Shown in pieces: positions 9,495 through 18,243 of a stretch of DNA of 64,000 bases (the first letter of the stretch is position 1; the number at the start of each line of letters is the position of its first letter). The notes below the pieces were generated by a model that did not search any database, was not told the origin of the DNA, and saw only the letters and a program-made list of their open reading frames with translations. This DNA comes from a virus. Where the stretch lies: IMG/VR virus record IMGVR_UViG_3300026521_000463, positions 29,353 to 93,352 of that record; one strand, written 5' to 3'. Position numbers and translations under genes: made by a program.

Positions 9495-10240
9495 TTATTG
9501 CCCTCCCCTAAAAATATCTTATCCTTTTCAATTTTTAAGTAATTATCATCCATCTTAAAATTTCCTGAATTTATATAAATACTCTTGGGAAATTTTTTGT
9601 AGTCAAATTTATGTGTATGCCCTAAAATAACCACATCATTTTCTGAATGTTTTAAAAATTCTTTAATAATATCATCTTCTGAATCACTAAATTTATCATA
9701 AAGAGTATTAAACATTTTTTCAGATTTTTTCACTTGCATAAAAGGTTTTAATAAAATGCTTATTTTAGAACTCAACCAAGCAAAAAATTTATATATCAAT
9801 CCTTCAGATTTTTCTAATGTTTCAAAACTTGTTTCTTCGGAACAATTGTTCCCATGTGTGATAAAACATTTTGCTTTGCCATTTTCAATAATTACTTCTC
9901 TAAGATTATTACCTATAAGTCTCAATCCAAAATCGTGATTTCCTAAAATTAACAAAACATTATCGTGAGATATCAACTCATCTAAACCTTCATAAAAATC
10001 TATGATTTTTTGAATTTTTTTGATGTTTTCTTCAGGTGTTACCGTGAAGTCGTCATATTTCCATATTTCAAGTGTATCTCCATTTAAAATAATTACATTT
10101 TCATCTTTTAATTTATTTAGATATTTTATTATTTTTTTATTTGTATCTTCATTTGAAAAACCGATATGTAAATCTGAAAAAACATATATTGTTTTTGATG
10201 TGTTTATTACTTTTTGTTTATCCTGCATTAACATTCGCAC
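9476..10240 (-). CDS. Metallophosphoesterase (LpxH/YfcE-like)
   Basis: FSDLHIG, LNGD, GNHD, THG, GHTH, NSG. Confidence 0.85.
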   Translation of the reverse strand: MRMLMQDKQKVINTSKTIYVFSDLHIGFSNEDTNKKIIKYLNKLKDENVIILNGDTLEIWKYDDFTVTPEENIKKIQKIIDFYEGLDELISHDNVLLILGNHDFGLRLIGNNLREVIIENGKAKCFITHGNNCSEETSFETLEKSEGLIYKFFAWLSSKISILLKPFMQVKKSEKMFNTLYDKFSDSEDDIIKEFLKHSENDVVILGHTHKFDYKKFPKSIYINSGNFKMDDNYLKIEKDKIFLGEGNKWIKWS

Positions 10241-10508
10241 TTCCTTTCGCTAATGCCCCACCACAATCTATAGGGTCGCCTATTCTCGCTAAAGGTTTAC
10301 CTTCAGCAAACACACTACCACTTCCTGCTGCTATTGCTCTGCCGTGTGGTGGCGAAGGACAAGACCCTGAATGAGGTTCTAATGTATCTCCTTGTCTTGC
10401 GACAGGTTTTCCATTCACAAAAACACTACCTGCTCCAGCATTTATATTCGTTGTAGGAAAACATCCGTGTCCTGCACCAGCGTCACCTAATCTTGAAACA
10501 GGAGGCAT
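10218..10508 (-). CDS. PAAR-repeat spike tip protein (gp5.4-like)
   Basis: RLGD, VFVNGKPVARQGD, GKPLARIGD, with His/Cys metal ligands. Confidence 0.93.
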   Translation of the reverse strand: MPPVSRLGDAGAGHGCFPTTNINAGAGSVFVNGKPVARQGDTLEPHSGSCPSPPHGRAIAAGSGSVFAEGKPLARIGDPIDCGGALAKGSANVNAG

Positions 10509-10868
10509 TTATACCTCCACGAACCCAATGTGCTCAAACACATTGATTTTTTCAACTTTTTTATCATATTCAATCTCTTTACTAACTCTTTTACTGAATG
10601 AATATACAGGTGTAAGGTCGTGTCTTTTTAATTCTCTTTCTAAAATAGACATAAAAAATGGCGCTCCGCCAATAAGCACTTTATCTACTCCATAAGTTAT
10701 TGCCATAACTGATAAGTATTCTGCTCTTTTTATCATATCTTCAATTGTAGGTATTTCATCAAATGTTAGCATTGATTTAATTGTTTCTTTTTCTTGAGGT
10801 TCAAACACACCTGCTTCAATTTGTGATTGAGTAGCATTGTGCTGTGTAAGATTTAAAATGTTTTCCAT
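10509..10868 (-). CDS. Small Rossmann-like protein resembling Csx20/Csx15-type ring nucleases
   Basis: ILNLTQH...Q, VLIGG, YSFSKR, C-terminal K.NVFEHIGF. The resemblance is from remembered consensus, not a search. Confidence 0.45.
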   Translation of the reverse strand: MENILNLTQHNATQSQIEAGVFEPQEKETIKSMLTFDEIPTIEDMIKRAEYLSVMAITYGVDKVLIGGAPFFMSILERELKRHDLTPVYSFSKRVSKEIEYDKKVEKINVFEHIGFVEV

Positions 10869-10877
10869 AAAAACTCC

Positions 10878-11327
10878 TTATATATTAAATTTGATAATAC
10901 TATCAACTGTATCTGAATGTAAAATAAATCCTGGCATTTTTTCAAAATCTTTGATTTGTTTTCTGCATTTATAAACAATTCTTTTTATTCTTTTAATTGT
11001 ATCTTCTTTATATTCATTATAAGTAACAACAGCATCAAAATAAACAAATCCGTTTTCATCAATTTCTTCTATTTGAATTGAATATATATTATCTACTTCA
11101 TTTAATAAAACTTTTTCAAATCTTCTTTTTGCTTCAATTATAACTGATTTTGAAATCATATCTTTTTCAATAGCAAATGGATAAATACTATATGCTCCAC
11201 TCATATAAGTTGAATATACATCGCTAAATCCACCTTTTCTGAAAGGTTCAACTATTTTATCCGTAAAAACTTTTTCAGTCATTTTATCAAGTTTTAAAAG
11301 TGTTTTTATAATTTCAATTTTATTCAT
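10878..11327 (-). CDS. Hypothetical early protein
   Basis: Behind the class I promoter at 11358-11386 and a GGAATTCACATG cassette. Confidence 0.65.
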   Translation of the reverse strand: MNKIEIIKTLLKLDKMTEKVFTDKIVEPFRKGGFSDVYSTYMSGAYSIYPFAIEKDMISKSVIIEAKRRFEKVLLNEVDNIYSIQIEEIDENGFVYFDAVVTYNEYKEDTIKRIKRIVYKCRKQIKDFEKMPGFILHSDTVDSIIKFNI

Positions 11328-11357
11328 GTGAATTCCTTTTTATGATTTTATATTATA

Positions 11358-11386
11358 ATTATATCATTTTAAAATAAAAAAGTCAA
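11358..11386 (-). promoter_or_regulatory. Class I promoter TTGACT-N17-TATAAT
   Basis: Consensus boxes with 17-nt spacing. Confidence 0.8.
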
Positions 11387-11387
11387 G

Positions 11388-11705
11388 TTATCCTAACTGT
11401 TTTTCGTTTTGTTTTTCGTGTGCTGCTATCAATTTTTCATCTATCTCTTTTAATTCTTCAAGTGTAACTTCTTCATCAAATAATTCTTTCATTAAAATCT
11501 TAACATCCTCATTATCTGGACATAAATCACCAAGTTCTAATAATATCATTTTACAAACCTTTACATTCATAATTGTTTCCATTTCAAATTCATCTGCTTC
11601 AAGAAACTCAATTTTTTCTTTAAGTCCAAAATGTAAAGTTTTTAATGCTTCAGTAACAGTTAAAACTTTTATTTTTATTATTTTATTTGATAATTCTATT
11701 TTCAT
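11388..11705 (-). CDS. Hypothetical early protein (start revised to 11705)
   Basis: GGAATCACATG cassette at 11703-11713. The ORF-track start (11747) lies inside the promoter. Confidence 0.6.
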   Translation of the reverse strand: MKIELSNKIIKIKVLTVTEALKTLHFGLKEKIEFLEADEFEMETIMNVKVCKMILLELGDLCPDNEDVKILMKELFDEEVTLEELKEIDEKLIAAHEKQNEKQLG

Positions 11706-11735
11706 GTGATTCCTTTTCATTTTATTTATAATATA

Positions 11736-11764
11736 ATTATAACACAAAAAAGGATAAAAGTCAA
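11736..11764 (-). promoter_or_regulatory. Class I promoter TTGACT-N17-TATAAT
   Basis: Consensus boxes with 17-nt spacing. Confidence 0.8.
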
Positions 11765-11770
11765 GAGATT

Positions 11771-12028
11771 CTAGATTGAATCTAATGAAATTCCTAATTC
11801 TTGTTCTAATTCATACTTTTTAATTATTTGCCATAAAGTATCTTTCATTTTTAAAAAGTCATAATTTTTTACTAATGGCGCATTAACTTCAATACCTTCA
11901 ACAATTTTATTTTCTGTTTCTTCAAGAGATTTTATATTTTGATGAAAATAATCAATTTGTAAAAAATCTTTAATAAAAGCACCTTCAGATTCATTTTCAG
12001 AACAAACTAAATAATCTAATTTTAACAT
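11771..12028 (-). CDS. Hypothetical protein
   Basis: Operonic ORF. Confidence 0.55.
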   Translation of the reverse strand: MLKLDYLVCSENESEGAFIKDFLQIDYFHQNIKSLEETENKIVEGIEVNAPLVKNYDFLKMKDTLWQIIKKYELEQELGISLDSI

Positions 12029-12502
12029 TTATTTATCCTTAAAATAATTACAAATTTCAGATTTTAATTTTTTGAAATCTTTATCACTCAATTTTATAGT
12101 CTTACTTTTTTTATCAAAATTTTTAGGTTTTGAAACTATTGCGGATGTTACATATCCATTACTTTTTGTAATAACAACATTTTCAAAAAATACATTGTAA
12201 CCTATATTAAAAAGATATTCAGTGTTACCAAATAATTTTGCTTCAAGTAATCCAAGGTATTTATCTTCAATTTTACAATCACTTAAATCAATTGTGAATA
12301 CTGACATTTCGCTCTCAGTAAATCCTAAATTATCTTGGACATTTTGTAAAAATCTTTTATTGACAAGAAAAGCAGTAAATGTTTCTTTATCACTTTCTTT
12401 ATTTGTAACAATTTGTAACACTTCATAACCCCTACGGATATATGAAGCAATGTGATTTGCTAACTCTCTTGATGTTTTTGCTTGTATATCATAGATTAAC
12501 AT
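12029..12502 (-). CDS. Hypothetical protein
   Basis: Operonic ORF. Confidence 0.6.
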   Translation of the reverse strand: MLIYDIQAKTSRELANHIASYIRRGYEVLQIVTNKESDKETFTAFLVNKRFLQNVQDNLGFTESEMSVFTIDLSDCKIEDKYLGLLEAKLFGNTEYLFNIGYNVFFENVVITKSNGYVTSAIVSKPKNFDKKSKTIKLSDKDFKKLKSEICNYFKDK

Positions 12503-12503
12503 T

Positions 12504-15020
12504 TTAATCCTTTTTTAATTTGTTAAAAAATTTCATTATAAATGGACTCAATTTATATGACTTTCCGTATCTTTTATAACCTATCAATCTTAAAAATTTC
12601 TTAAATCTATCATTTTTTAGTTCTTTTTCAGAATATTTATCTTTCAATTGTATTGACTTAAATTGACTAAGCAATTCTAAGTTGTGAATATAACTTTTAT
12701 TTAAGTTATTTGCTAAACTATATGAAATAAGATTTTTTATATTATCGTTTAAGAACATTTTAAGGTAATTGAACTTCATAAGAATTTTTTTATCTCTTTT
12801 ACTTATATTTAATAATTCAATTATTTCATCTTTATCAAGTTCTACAAAAATTTTATTGATAGAATTATAAAATTCATTATAATCCGTTTCAAGTTTTAAG
12901 TCAAATTCAAAAGTTGATAAATCTTTTAACACTTCAATTTTTTCTTTGAATTCTTTTTCTTCTTCTTGTTTCAGTGTTTCTCTAATCTGTTTTAAATCAT
13001 ATTTTTTAGTCAATGTATCTATTTCAATAGTTTCATTTTCAAACTGTTCTTTTAATAAAATCTTAAAAGTTAAAAGTGGATTGGTATTAAATAAATTTTC
13101 CATATAAATTTTTTTAAGAGTCCATTTACCAAACTTGCTAAGTTTTAAATTAGCATAAGAATCAAATTCAACGAATAAGGAATTTTTTACAAGATATTTA
13201 TCAAGTTTTTTAACAATATCACTTTCTAATTCTTCGTAGTCAATAATTCTATTATATCGTTTATTTTTAAGGTAAAAATGAATGTTTTTTGCTTGTCTAT
13301 TTCTTTTTACTTGCTGTAATGAATTTATAACACTTCCTGTCCCATCTGAAAAATGAAAATGATGAAATGAATGATTTAATATATTTATTCCTACGGTTAT
13401 TGTAGGTGTATATATTAACAAATCCCATTCTTCGTGCTTTTCTTTTTTAAAAAATTCACTATAATCCTCATCTGTTTCACTTGTAATGCAAACGACTTTA
13501 AAATCGTTTTCAAAAATTTTTTTAATGACCTTAGCATAACTTTTATTTGTAGTTGATAAAGTAACTTTTCCATTTTTGTTTTTTAAGGTTGATTCAATAG
13601 TATAAATAAACTCATCTAATTCCCTATAAACATAAAGATTTGTCTTATCTCTATAAAGATTTTCGTAGTATTCAATCTTTTTTCTTTTAACAAATTCAAC
13701 CTCTATTCCTGTTAAAAAAGCATCCATAATCAATAAAGGTTTTTTGAAATTTTGTAAGATATAAAAAAATTTAAGATTATTATAGTTACCATAATCGCCT
13801 AAATTAGATTGACTATGCTCAACAAGAGATAAAAATTCATCAACTATAAAAAAGTCAAATTGCTTTAAATCATATTTATACAATGATTCAAATTGACAAA
13901 TTAAACTATCTCCCTCAAAATACTTATCTTGATTGTATAATTTAAAATGAGGAAATTTTTCCTTATATTCTCTTGCAAGTGTTACTCTGTTTGTAATGAT
14001 TAAACATTTTTTATCTTTTTCTAAATGTTTTATGAAATTTGTCTTACCTGTCCCCATTGCTGATTTTACAAAAATAACTTTATCATCTTCTAATTCTATT
14101 TTACCAAAAGTATCTTCAATTTTATCTATATCAATATATCTTTGATTAAATACTTTTTTATTTTGAATAGGTGCGAATATCTTATCTTGAAATTCATTTA
14201 AAATTCTTTTTTGATTGTATTCTTTAAATTCTTTTGTATTTTTTATCAAATCAAAAATTGAAAATGATTTTGCTTTGTTAAAATGATGGCAAAATTGAGG
14301 TGAATTTTTATAAATAAAATATCCACCTTTTGTTTTTTCTTTTGGGTGCTGTAAATTTATCAAGTCCTCTTTTTCAGATTTTATATTAAAACCTAAATTT
14401 TCATAAGTTCTTAGACATAATGATAATAAACTATTATCAAAATTTGAAACATCAATTTTACTTTCTTCATAATAAAAGTCTAAAACATTGCCACCCTTAA
14501 AGGTTATGATTTCATTTTCTTTAAAAGTTGGTGCTTGAACTGAACTTATTCTTATTGATGAATAATCAACCTTACAATAATCATTTATTAACTGATTTAT
14601 ATAATCTAATGCCTTCGTTCTGCTAATAAAATTATTATTTCCTATAAATTCTATAACACCTTTCATATTGAAGTTATCAACACCATTATAACTTCTACTT
14701 TCCCACAGTGAAAAATTAAAATTATTTTTTTGTAAGATTTCAATGATATAATCACGATTAAAAGCATTTTTAATTTCATCAAAATCTACAATTATAAAAC
14801 TAAATTCTTTACATAAAAATTTTTCCATTTCATAATTGTTTCTTTTTGAAATTGTTCCATTTTCTGAAAATTTAAAACATCCGTTTAATAACCAAAATTC
14901 TGAATTAACTTTATAAAAATATTCTAAAGGAATATCCTTAGTATAAAATAAAAATTCATTATCTTCGTTACCTAACGGGTGCTTACCTATTCCTTCAGAC
15001 TTGAAGAATGATAATAACAT
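12504..15020 (-). CDS. Primase-like N-terminus fused to an SF2 (origin-binding UL9-like) helicase
   Basis: N-terminal IIVDFD and SRS motifs. Helicase motifs: Walker A KSAMGTGKT, IVDE, IMDA, YTPTITVGINI, QQVKRNR. Confidence 0.7.
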   Translation of the reverse strand: MLLSFFKSEGIGKHPLGNEDNEFLFYTKDIPLEYFYKVNSEFWLLNGCFKFSENGTISKRNNYEMEKFLCKEFSFIIVDFDEIKNAFNRDYIIEILQKNNFNFSLWESRSYNGVDNFNMKGVIEFIGNNNFISRTKALDYINQLINDYCKVDYSSIRISSVQAPTFKENEIITFKGGNVLDFYYEESKIDVSNFDNSLLSLCLRTYENLGFNIKSEKEDLINLQHPKEKTKGGYFIYKNSPQFCHHFNKAKSFSIFDLIKNTKEFKEYNQKRILNEFQDKIFAPIQNKKVFNQRYIDIDKIEDTFGKIELEDDKVIFVKSAMGTGKTNFIKHLEKDKKCLIITNRVTLAREYKEKFPHFKLYNQDKYFEGDSLICQFESLYKYDLKQFDFFIVDEFLSLVEHSQSNLGDYGNYNNLKFFYILQNFKKPLLIMDAFLTGIEVEFVKRKKIEYYENLYRDKTNLYVYRELDEFIYTIESTLKNKNGKVTLSTTNKSYAKVIKKIFENDFKVVCITSETDEDYSEFFKKEKHEEWDLLIYTPTITVGINILNHSFHHFHFSDGTGSVINSLQQVKRNRQAKNIHFYLKNKRYNRIIDYEELESDIVKKLDKYLVKNSLFVEFDSYANLKLSKFGKWTLKKIYMENLFNTNPLLTFKILLKEQFENETIEIDTLTKKYDLKQIRETLKQEEEKEFKEKIEVLKDLSTFEFDLKLETDYNEFYNSINKIFVELDKDEIIELLNISKRDKKILMKFNYLKMFLNDNIKNLISYSLANNLNKSYIHNLELLSQFKSIQLKDKYSEKELKNDRFKKFLRLIGYKRYGKSYKLSPFIMKFFNKLKKD

Positions 15021-15029
15021 TTTTTCTCC

Positions 15030-15779
15030 TTAAAATATATCCAACTCCATTTCAGGAGTATCAGCATTCCCATCACATATATTATGCTCAAAATAAGGAC
15101 ACCAATTACAAAAAGTATCTTTTTTAGGAAATGACGACGACATTTCAATCATTTCAATAATTTTTTTGACTTCATTTTGAATTTTTTCTTTTTCAGATTT
15201 GTCAAATTCAAATGAAATACTTTTATTATGCTCGATAAAATCAAAATAAAGTTTTGCTTTTTCGGCAGGAAATAGTGATAATGCGACAAGATAGTAGATA
15301 TATAACTGAATTTTATCTTGATTCTCATTGAATTTTCCTGACTTGTGGTCTATGATATATACTATCTTTTCATCTTCGTCATAAAACATCAAATCTATAA
15401 ACCCTATAATATCAGAATCATAGTTATAATCTTTAACTTCTAATGTATCAATATCAAGTCCGAATCCTTTTTCAATATATAAATTTTCTTTTGTTTTATA
15501 GTATTGAATGTTATCATTTTTTAAGATTTTTTTAAGTTGTTTAAACAACTTAGATTTTTCTTCATCATTATAAACCTTAAATTCAAAATCAGCAATTTTT
15601 TTGATTTCATCTTTCAAATAAAGTTCTATTCCTTTATGTAAAAACGAACCTTTTTCTAAACTCTTATTCATTACAAACGGAGTTTTGATTTTATCTATAT
15701 ATTGAAGTTTGAACCTATAAGGACAATTCTTATAAGTGTTTATTTTTGAATAACTATAAGGTGAAAATTTTAAATTCAT
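15030..15779 (-). CDS. Cas4/RecB-like PD-(D/E)XK exonuclease with four-Cys Fe-S motif
   Basis: SYSKINTYKNCPY, GSFLH, E..GFIDL..IIDHKSG, QL.IY, CNWCPY....C. Confidence 0.85.
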   Translation of the reverse strand: MNLKFSPYSYSKINTYKNCPYRFKLQYIDKIKTPFVMNKSLEKGSFLHKGIELYLKDEIKKIADFEFKVYNDEEKSKLFKQLKKILKNDNIQYYKTKENLYIEKGFGLDIDTLEVKDYNYDSDIIGFIDLMFYDEDEKIVYIIDHKSGKFNENQDKIQLYIYYLVALSLFPAEKAKLYFDFIEHNKSISFEFDKSEKEKIQNEVKKIIEMIEMSSSFPKKDTFCNWCPYFEHNICDGNADTPEMELDIF

Positions 15780-15782
15780 TTT

Positions 15783-16085
15783 TTATTCACCTAAAAGTTT
15801 ATTTGCTAAATTTTGGACATTGTCATCTTCTTCAAATCTTCTCGCGAATAATTCTGCTTCACTATCAATAGGTTTTAATTGTTCTTTTATTTTTTGTTTA
15901 ATCATTGATAACGCTTTATTAAAATTTTTAACCGTAATACCTTCATCTTTCAATTCATCTTTAATTGCTTTAATATCCATTTTTAAGTCTTTGATTTCAT
16001 TTTCAAGACTTAACACCCTAATTGCTCCACTTATTGCTTTTTGAATATCTTCTTCTTCCGTTGAAACTATTTTTTCTTCAATCAT
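15783..16085 (-). CDS. DsbA-like double-stranded DNA-binding protein
   Basis: LENEIKDLKMDIKAIKDELKDEGI..K.FNKAL resembles T4 DsbA/GapR-type proteins. Context fits. Confidence 0.6.
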   Translation of the reverse strand: MIEEKIVSTEEEDIQKAISGAIRVLSLENEIKDLKMDIKAIKDELKDEGITVKNFNKALSMIKQKIKEQLKPIDSEAELFARRFEEDDNVQNLANKLLGE

Positions 16086-16157
16086 TATTATCTCCTTAGA
16101 TTTAATTTATAAATAACATTATAATTATATTATAATACCATTCATAAATTAACTCTA

Positions 16158-16164
16158 TTAAATA
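16158..16164 (+). promoter_or_regulatory. Class III (putative late) promoter TTAAATA
   Basis: Lies 17 nt upstream of the gp4 start. The same heptamer precedes many structural genes. Confidence 0.5.
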
Positions 16165-16181
16165 AATTTAAAAGGACACTT

Positions 16182-16673
16182 ATGTCTTATGGTAACATTT
16201 ATCTAAAATTAAAAAACCAATACAAACATTTAACATCTACTTCAAAAGTAAAAAATCATCATACTACAACCAAAAAAACAAAAAGAGGTCATCTTTATGG
16301 CGATTTTGTTCCTGTAAATGAAGACAAATTTATTATAGTTAAAAACAAACAAAATGGCGGAAAAATAAAATATCGCTCTTCTTGGGAAAAGAAATTCCTT
16401 GAATGGTGCGATGCTAATCCCAATGTTACTAAAATAATATCTGAAGGTATAAAAATACCTTATTATTTTGATGGAAAAGAGAGAAATTATTATCCTGATT
16501 TTGTTATAAATTTTAAAAATGAAGTTTTACTTCTTGAAATAAAACCAGCAAGTCAAGTTGATGACCCTATAAACATTGCTAAATTTGAAGCAGCAAAAAA
16601 ATTTGCTGAATCAAGAAAAATAAAGTTTTTAATTCTTACAGAAAATGAATTAAAAAATCTTATTAAATCATAG
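16182..16673 (+). CDS. Head completion nuclease (T4 gp4-like, TnsA-N fold)
   Basis: IKYRSSWEKKF..WCD.NP.V....SE...IPY......YYPDF.....EIKP...AK..AA.....F.ILTE. Confidence 0.85.
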   Translation: MSYGNIYLKLKNQYKHLTSTSKVKNHHTTTKKTKRGHLYGDFVPVNEDKFIIVKNKQNGGKIKYRSSWEKKFLEWCDANPNVTKIISEGIKIPYYFDGKERNYYPDFVINFKNEVLLLEIKPASQVDDPINIAKFEAAKKFAESRKIKFLILTENELKNLIKS

Positions 16674-16862
16674 CATTGCTAAATTACCTTCAACCATAAC
16701 ATCCATTGTTTGAGTTGAACTTTGAGCATCATTTAACGATGTTAAATTAGGTGTTCTTTGTTTTCCATTTTCAGTCGTTTTTGCTATATTTAATCCACAT
16801 TTCGGGCATACCATAGCATTGCCCATATCCTTCATAACAGATTTACATCTTGGACATATCAT
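16668..16862 (-). CDS. Small C4 zinc-ribbon protein
   Basis: CPRC...CPKCG. Confidence 0.65.
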   Translation of the reverse strand: MICPRCKSVMKDMGNAMVCPKCGLNIAKTTENGKQRTPNLTSLNDAQSSTQTMDVMVEGNLAML

Positions 16863-17101
16863 CCTAACTCCTTTATAAAGTTTTTAACTTTGTCTTTAAA
16901 TTCATTTTTTTTGACACTTGAAACAGTATCAATTGAAAAACCTATAATTTCATTTTCATAAGTTTTTAATTTACAATCATAAACTTCTTCAAAATGTTCC
17001 GAAATTTTTTCAGCAATTTCAAACATTTTTTCTTCATTTTCATTAAAACCTATAAAAATTTCTGCTATATTCATTCTTTCTAATATATTTTTTAAAGACA
17101 T
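16859..17101 (-). CDS. Hypothetical protein
   Basis: ORF with AAGGA RBS. Confidence 0.55.
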   Translation of the reverse strand: MSLKNILERMNIAEIFIGFNENEEKMFEIAEKISEHFEEVYDCKLKTYENEIIGFSIDTVSSVKKNEFKDKVKNFIKELG

Positions 17102-17134
17102 TTTATTCCTTTTTAAATGGTAACTACTTCATAA

Positions 17135-17314
17135 TTAAGCAAAAGTGCCTAATTCAAACTTTTTACCTTGTCTAAGATTATCAACCTTTTCATTTTTTAT
17201 TTTTTTATTTTTAAAGTCAATCTCAGCACCAACATTAAAACCACAAGCAGGACAGGTCATTATGTTACCATTAGGAAACATTTCTGTCTTACATTTAGGA
17301 CATTTTAAATTCAT
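17135..17314 (-). CDS. Small C4 zinc-ribbon protein (59 aa, below the ORF-track cut-off)
   Basis: Read manually: MNLKCPKCKTEMFPNGNIMTCPACGFNVG... Confidence 0.65.
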   Translation of the reverse strand: MNLKCPKCKTEMFPNGNIMTCPACGFNVGAEIDFKNKKIKNEKVDNLRQGKKFELGTFA

Positions 17315-17325
17315 TTTAAACCTTT

Positions 17326-18135
17326 TTAATTATTTAAAACAATTGCATCCTTGCTTGAATTATTTTCATTTAATTTCTTAACTATATCTTTAATTGTCGT
17401 TTGAGAACATTCACATTTTACAAATTCAGTTGAAATGACTTTTTTGCCACCTAAATTTTTTGTTATATTACTTGTAAAATTAAAATAAACAGTATTGTCA
17501 TCATTTATTTTAATGTTATAAACATTATCAAGATTTATAAATCTGTTCCCTACTTTTACCCATCTACCATCACTTGTCAATTTAGTAACAAATTCATACA
17601 ATTCTTTTGAATCCTTAAAATTTTCAATTTCATAACTTGGTCTAACATTTTCAACATTTTCTTTATTAGACTCAGTATTTTTAAAATTTAAAATTACACT
17701 CAACCTATCAAAATCATATACTATATTATTGATATTCTCAGAATTGTAGAAATTATTATCTCTTTCTATCCACATTTTTTCTCCTTTTAAGTATTCAATT
17801 ATTCTTTCATTTTGTCCAGAAACTTTGATATTATAGTTTAAAAATTTACTATAAATTCTTTTTTTAGATAAACTTGTCATAAAACAATAATCACCTTTAT
17901 CTTCATAAAAAGTAATTTTAATAATCTTTTTAAGATTTACATATAATTTATCGTCAATTTTAAAAAATTGCGATAACTCGTCCTCACTAAAATTATCAAA
18001 TTGTTTCTGAATATAAATATCTTCGCCCCTAATGTTTATCATTACATCAAGAGTTGCAGACCACTTATCCCCAAAATGTGTTATCTTGAGAATTTTATCT
18101 TTGTTATAAAACTCATTATCCGTCGCTAATTTCAT
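17326..18135 (-). CDS. Protein built of about four internal beta-rich repeats
   Basis: DNEFYNKDKILKI / DDKLYVNLKKIIKI / DNNFYNSENINNI / GNRFINLDNVYNI. Confidence 0.65.
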   Translation of the reverse strand: MKLATDNEFYNKDKILKITHFGDKWSATLDVMINIRGEDIYIQKQFDNFSEDELSQFFKIDDKLYVNLKKIIKITFYEDKGDYCFMTSLSKKRIYSKFLNYNIKVSGQNERIIEYLKGEKMWIERDNNFYNSENINNIVYDFDRLSVILNFKNTESNKENVENVRPSYEIENFKDSKELYEFVTKLTSDGRWVKVGNRFINLDNVYNIKINDDNTVYFNFTSNITKNLGGKKVISTEFVKCECSQTTIKDIVKKLNENNSSKDAIVLNN

Positions 18136-18208
18136 TTAATCTCTCCTTATTTTTACTCGTTATTATTTAAAATAATCTGTTATAAGTTTTGATTAAATGA
18201 ACTATATA

Positions 18209-18237
18209 ATTATAACAGAATTATTTTAAATTGTCAA
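18209..18237 (-). promoter_or_regulatory. Class I promoter TTGACA-N17-TATAAT
   Basis: Perfect consensus. A TTAAATA also lies at 18164-18170. Confidence 0.75.
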
Positions 18238-18243
18238 TAGTTT

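Noticed and set aside
16182-16673. TnsA-like nuclease as evidence of a Tn7 transposon
   Set aside because: No tnsB/tnsC or transposon ends are present. The motifs and context match phage head completion protein gp4.
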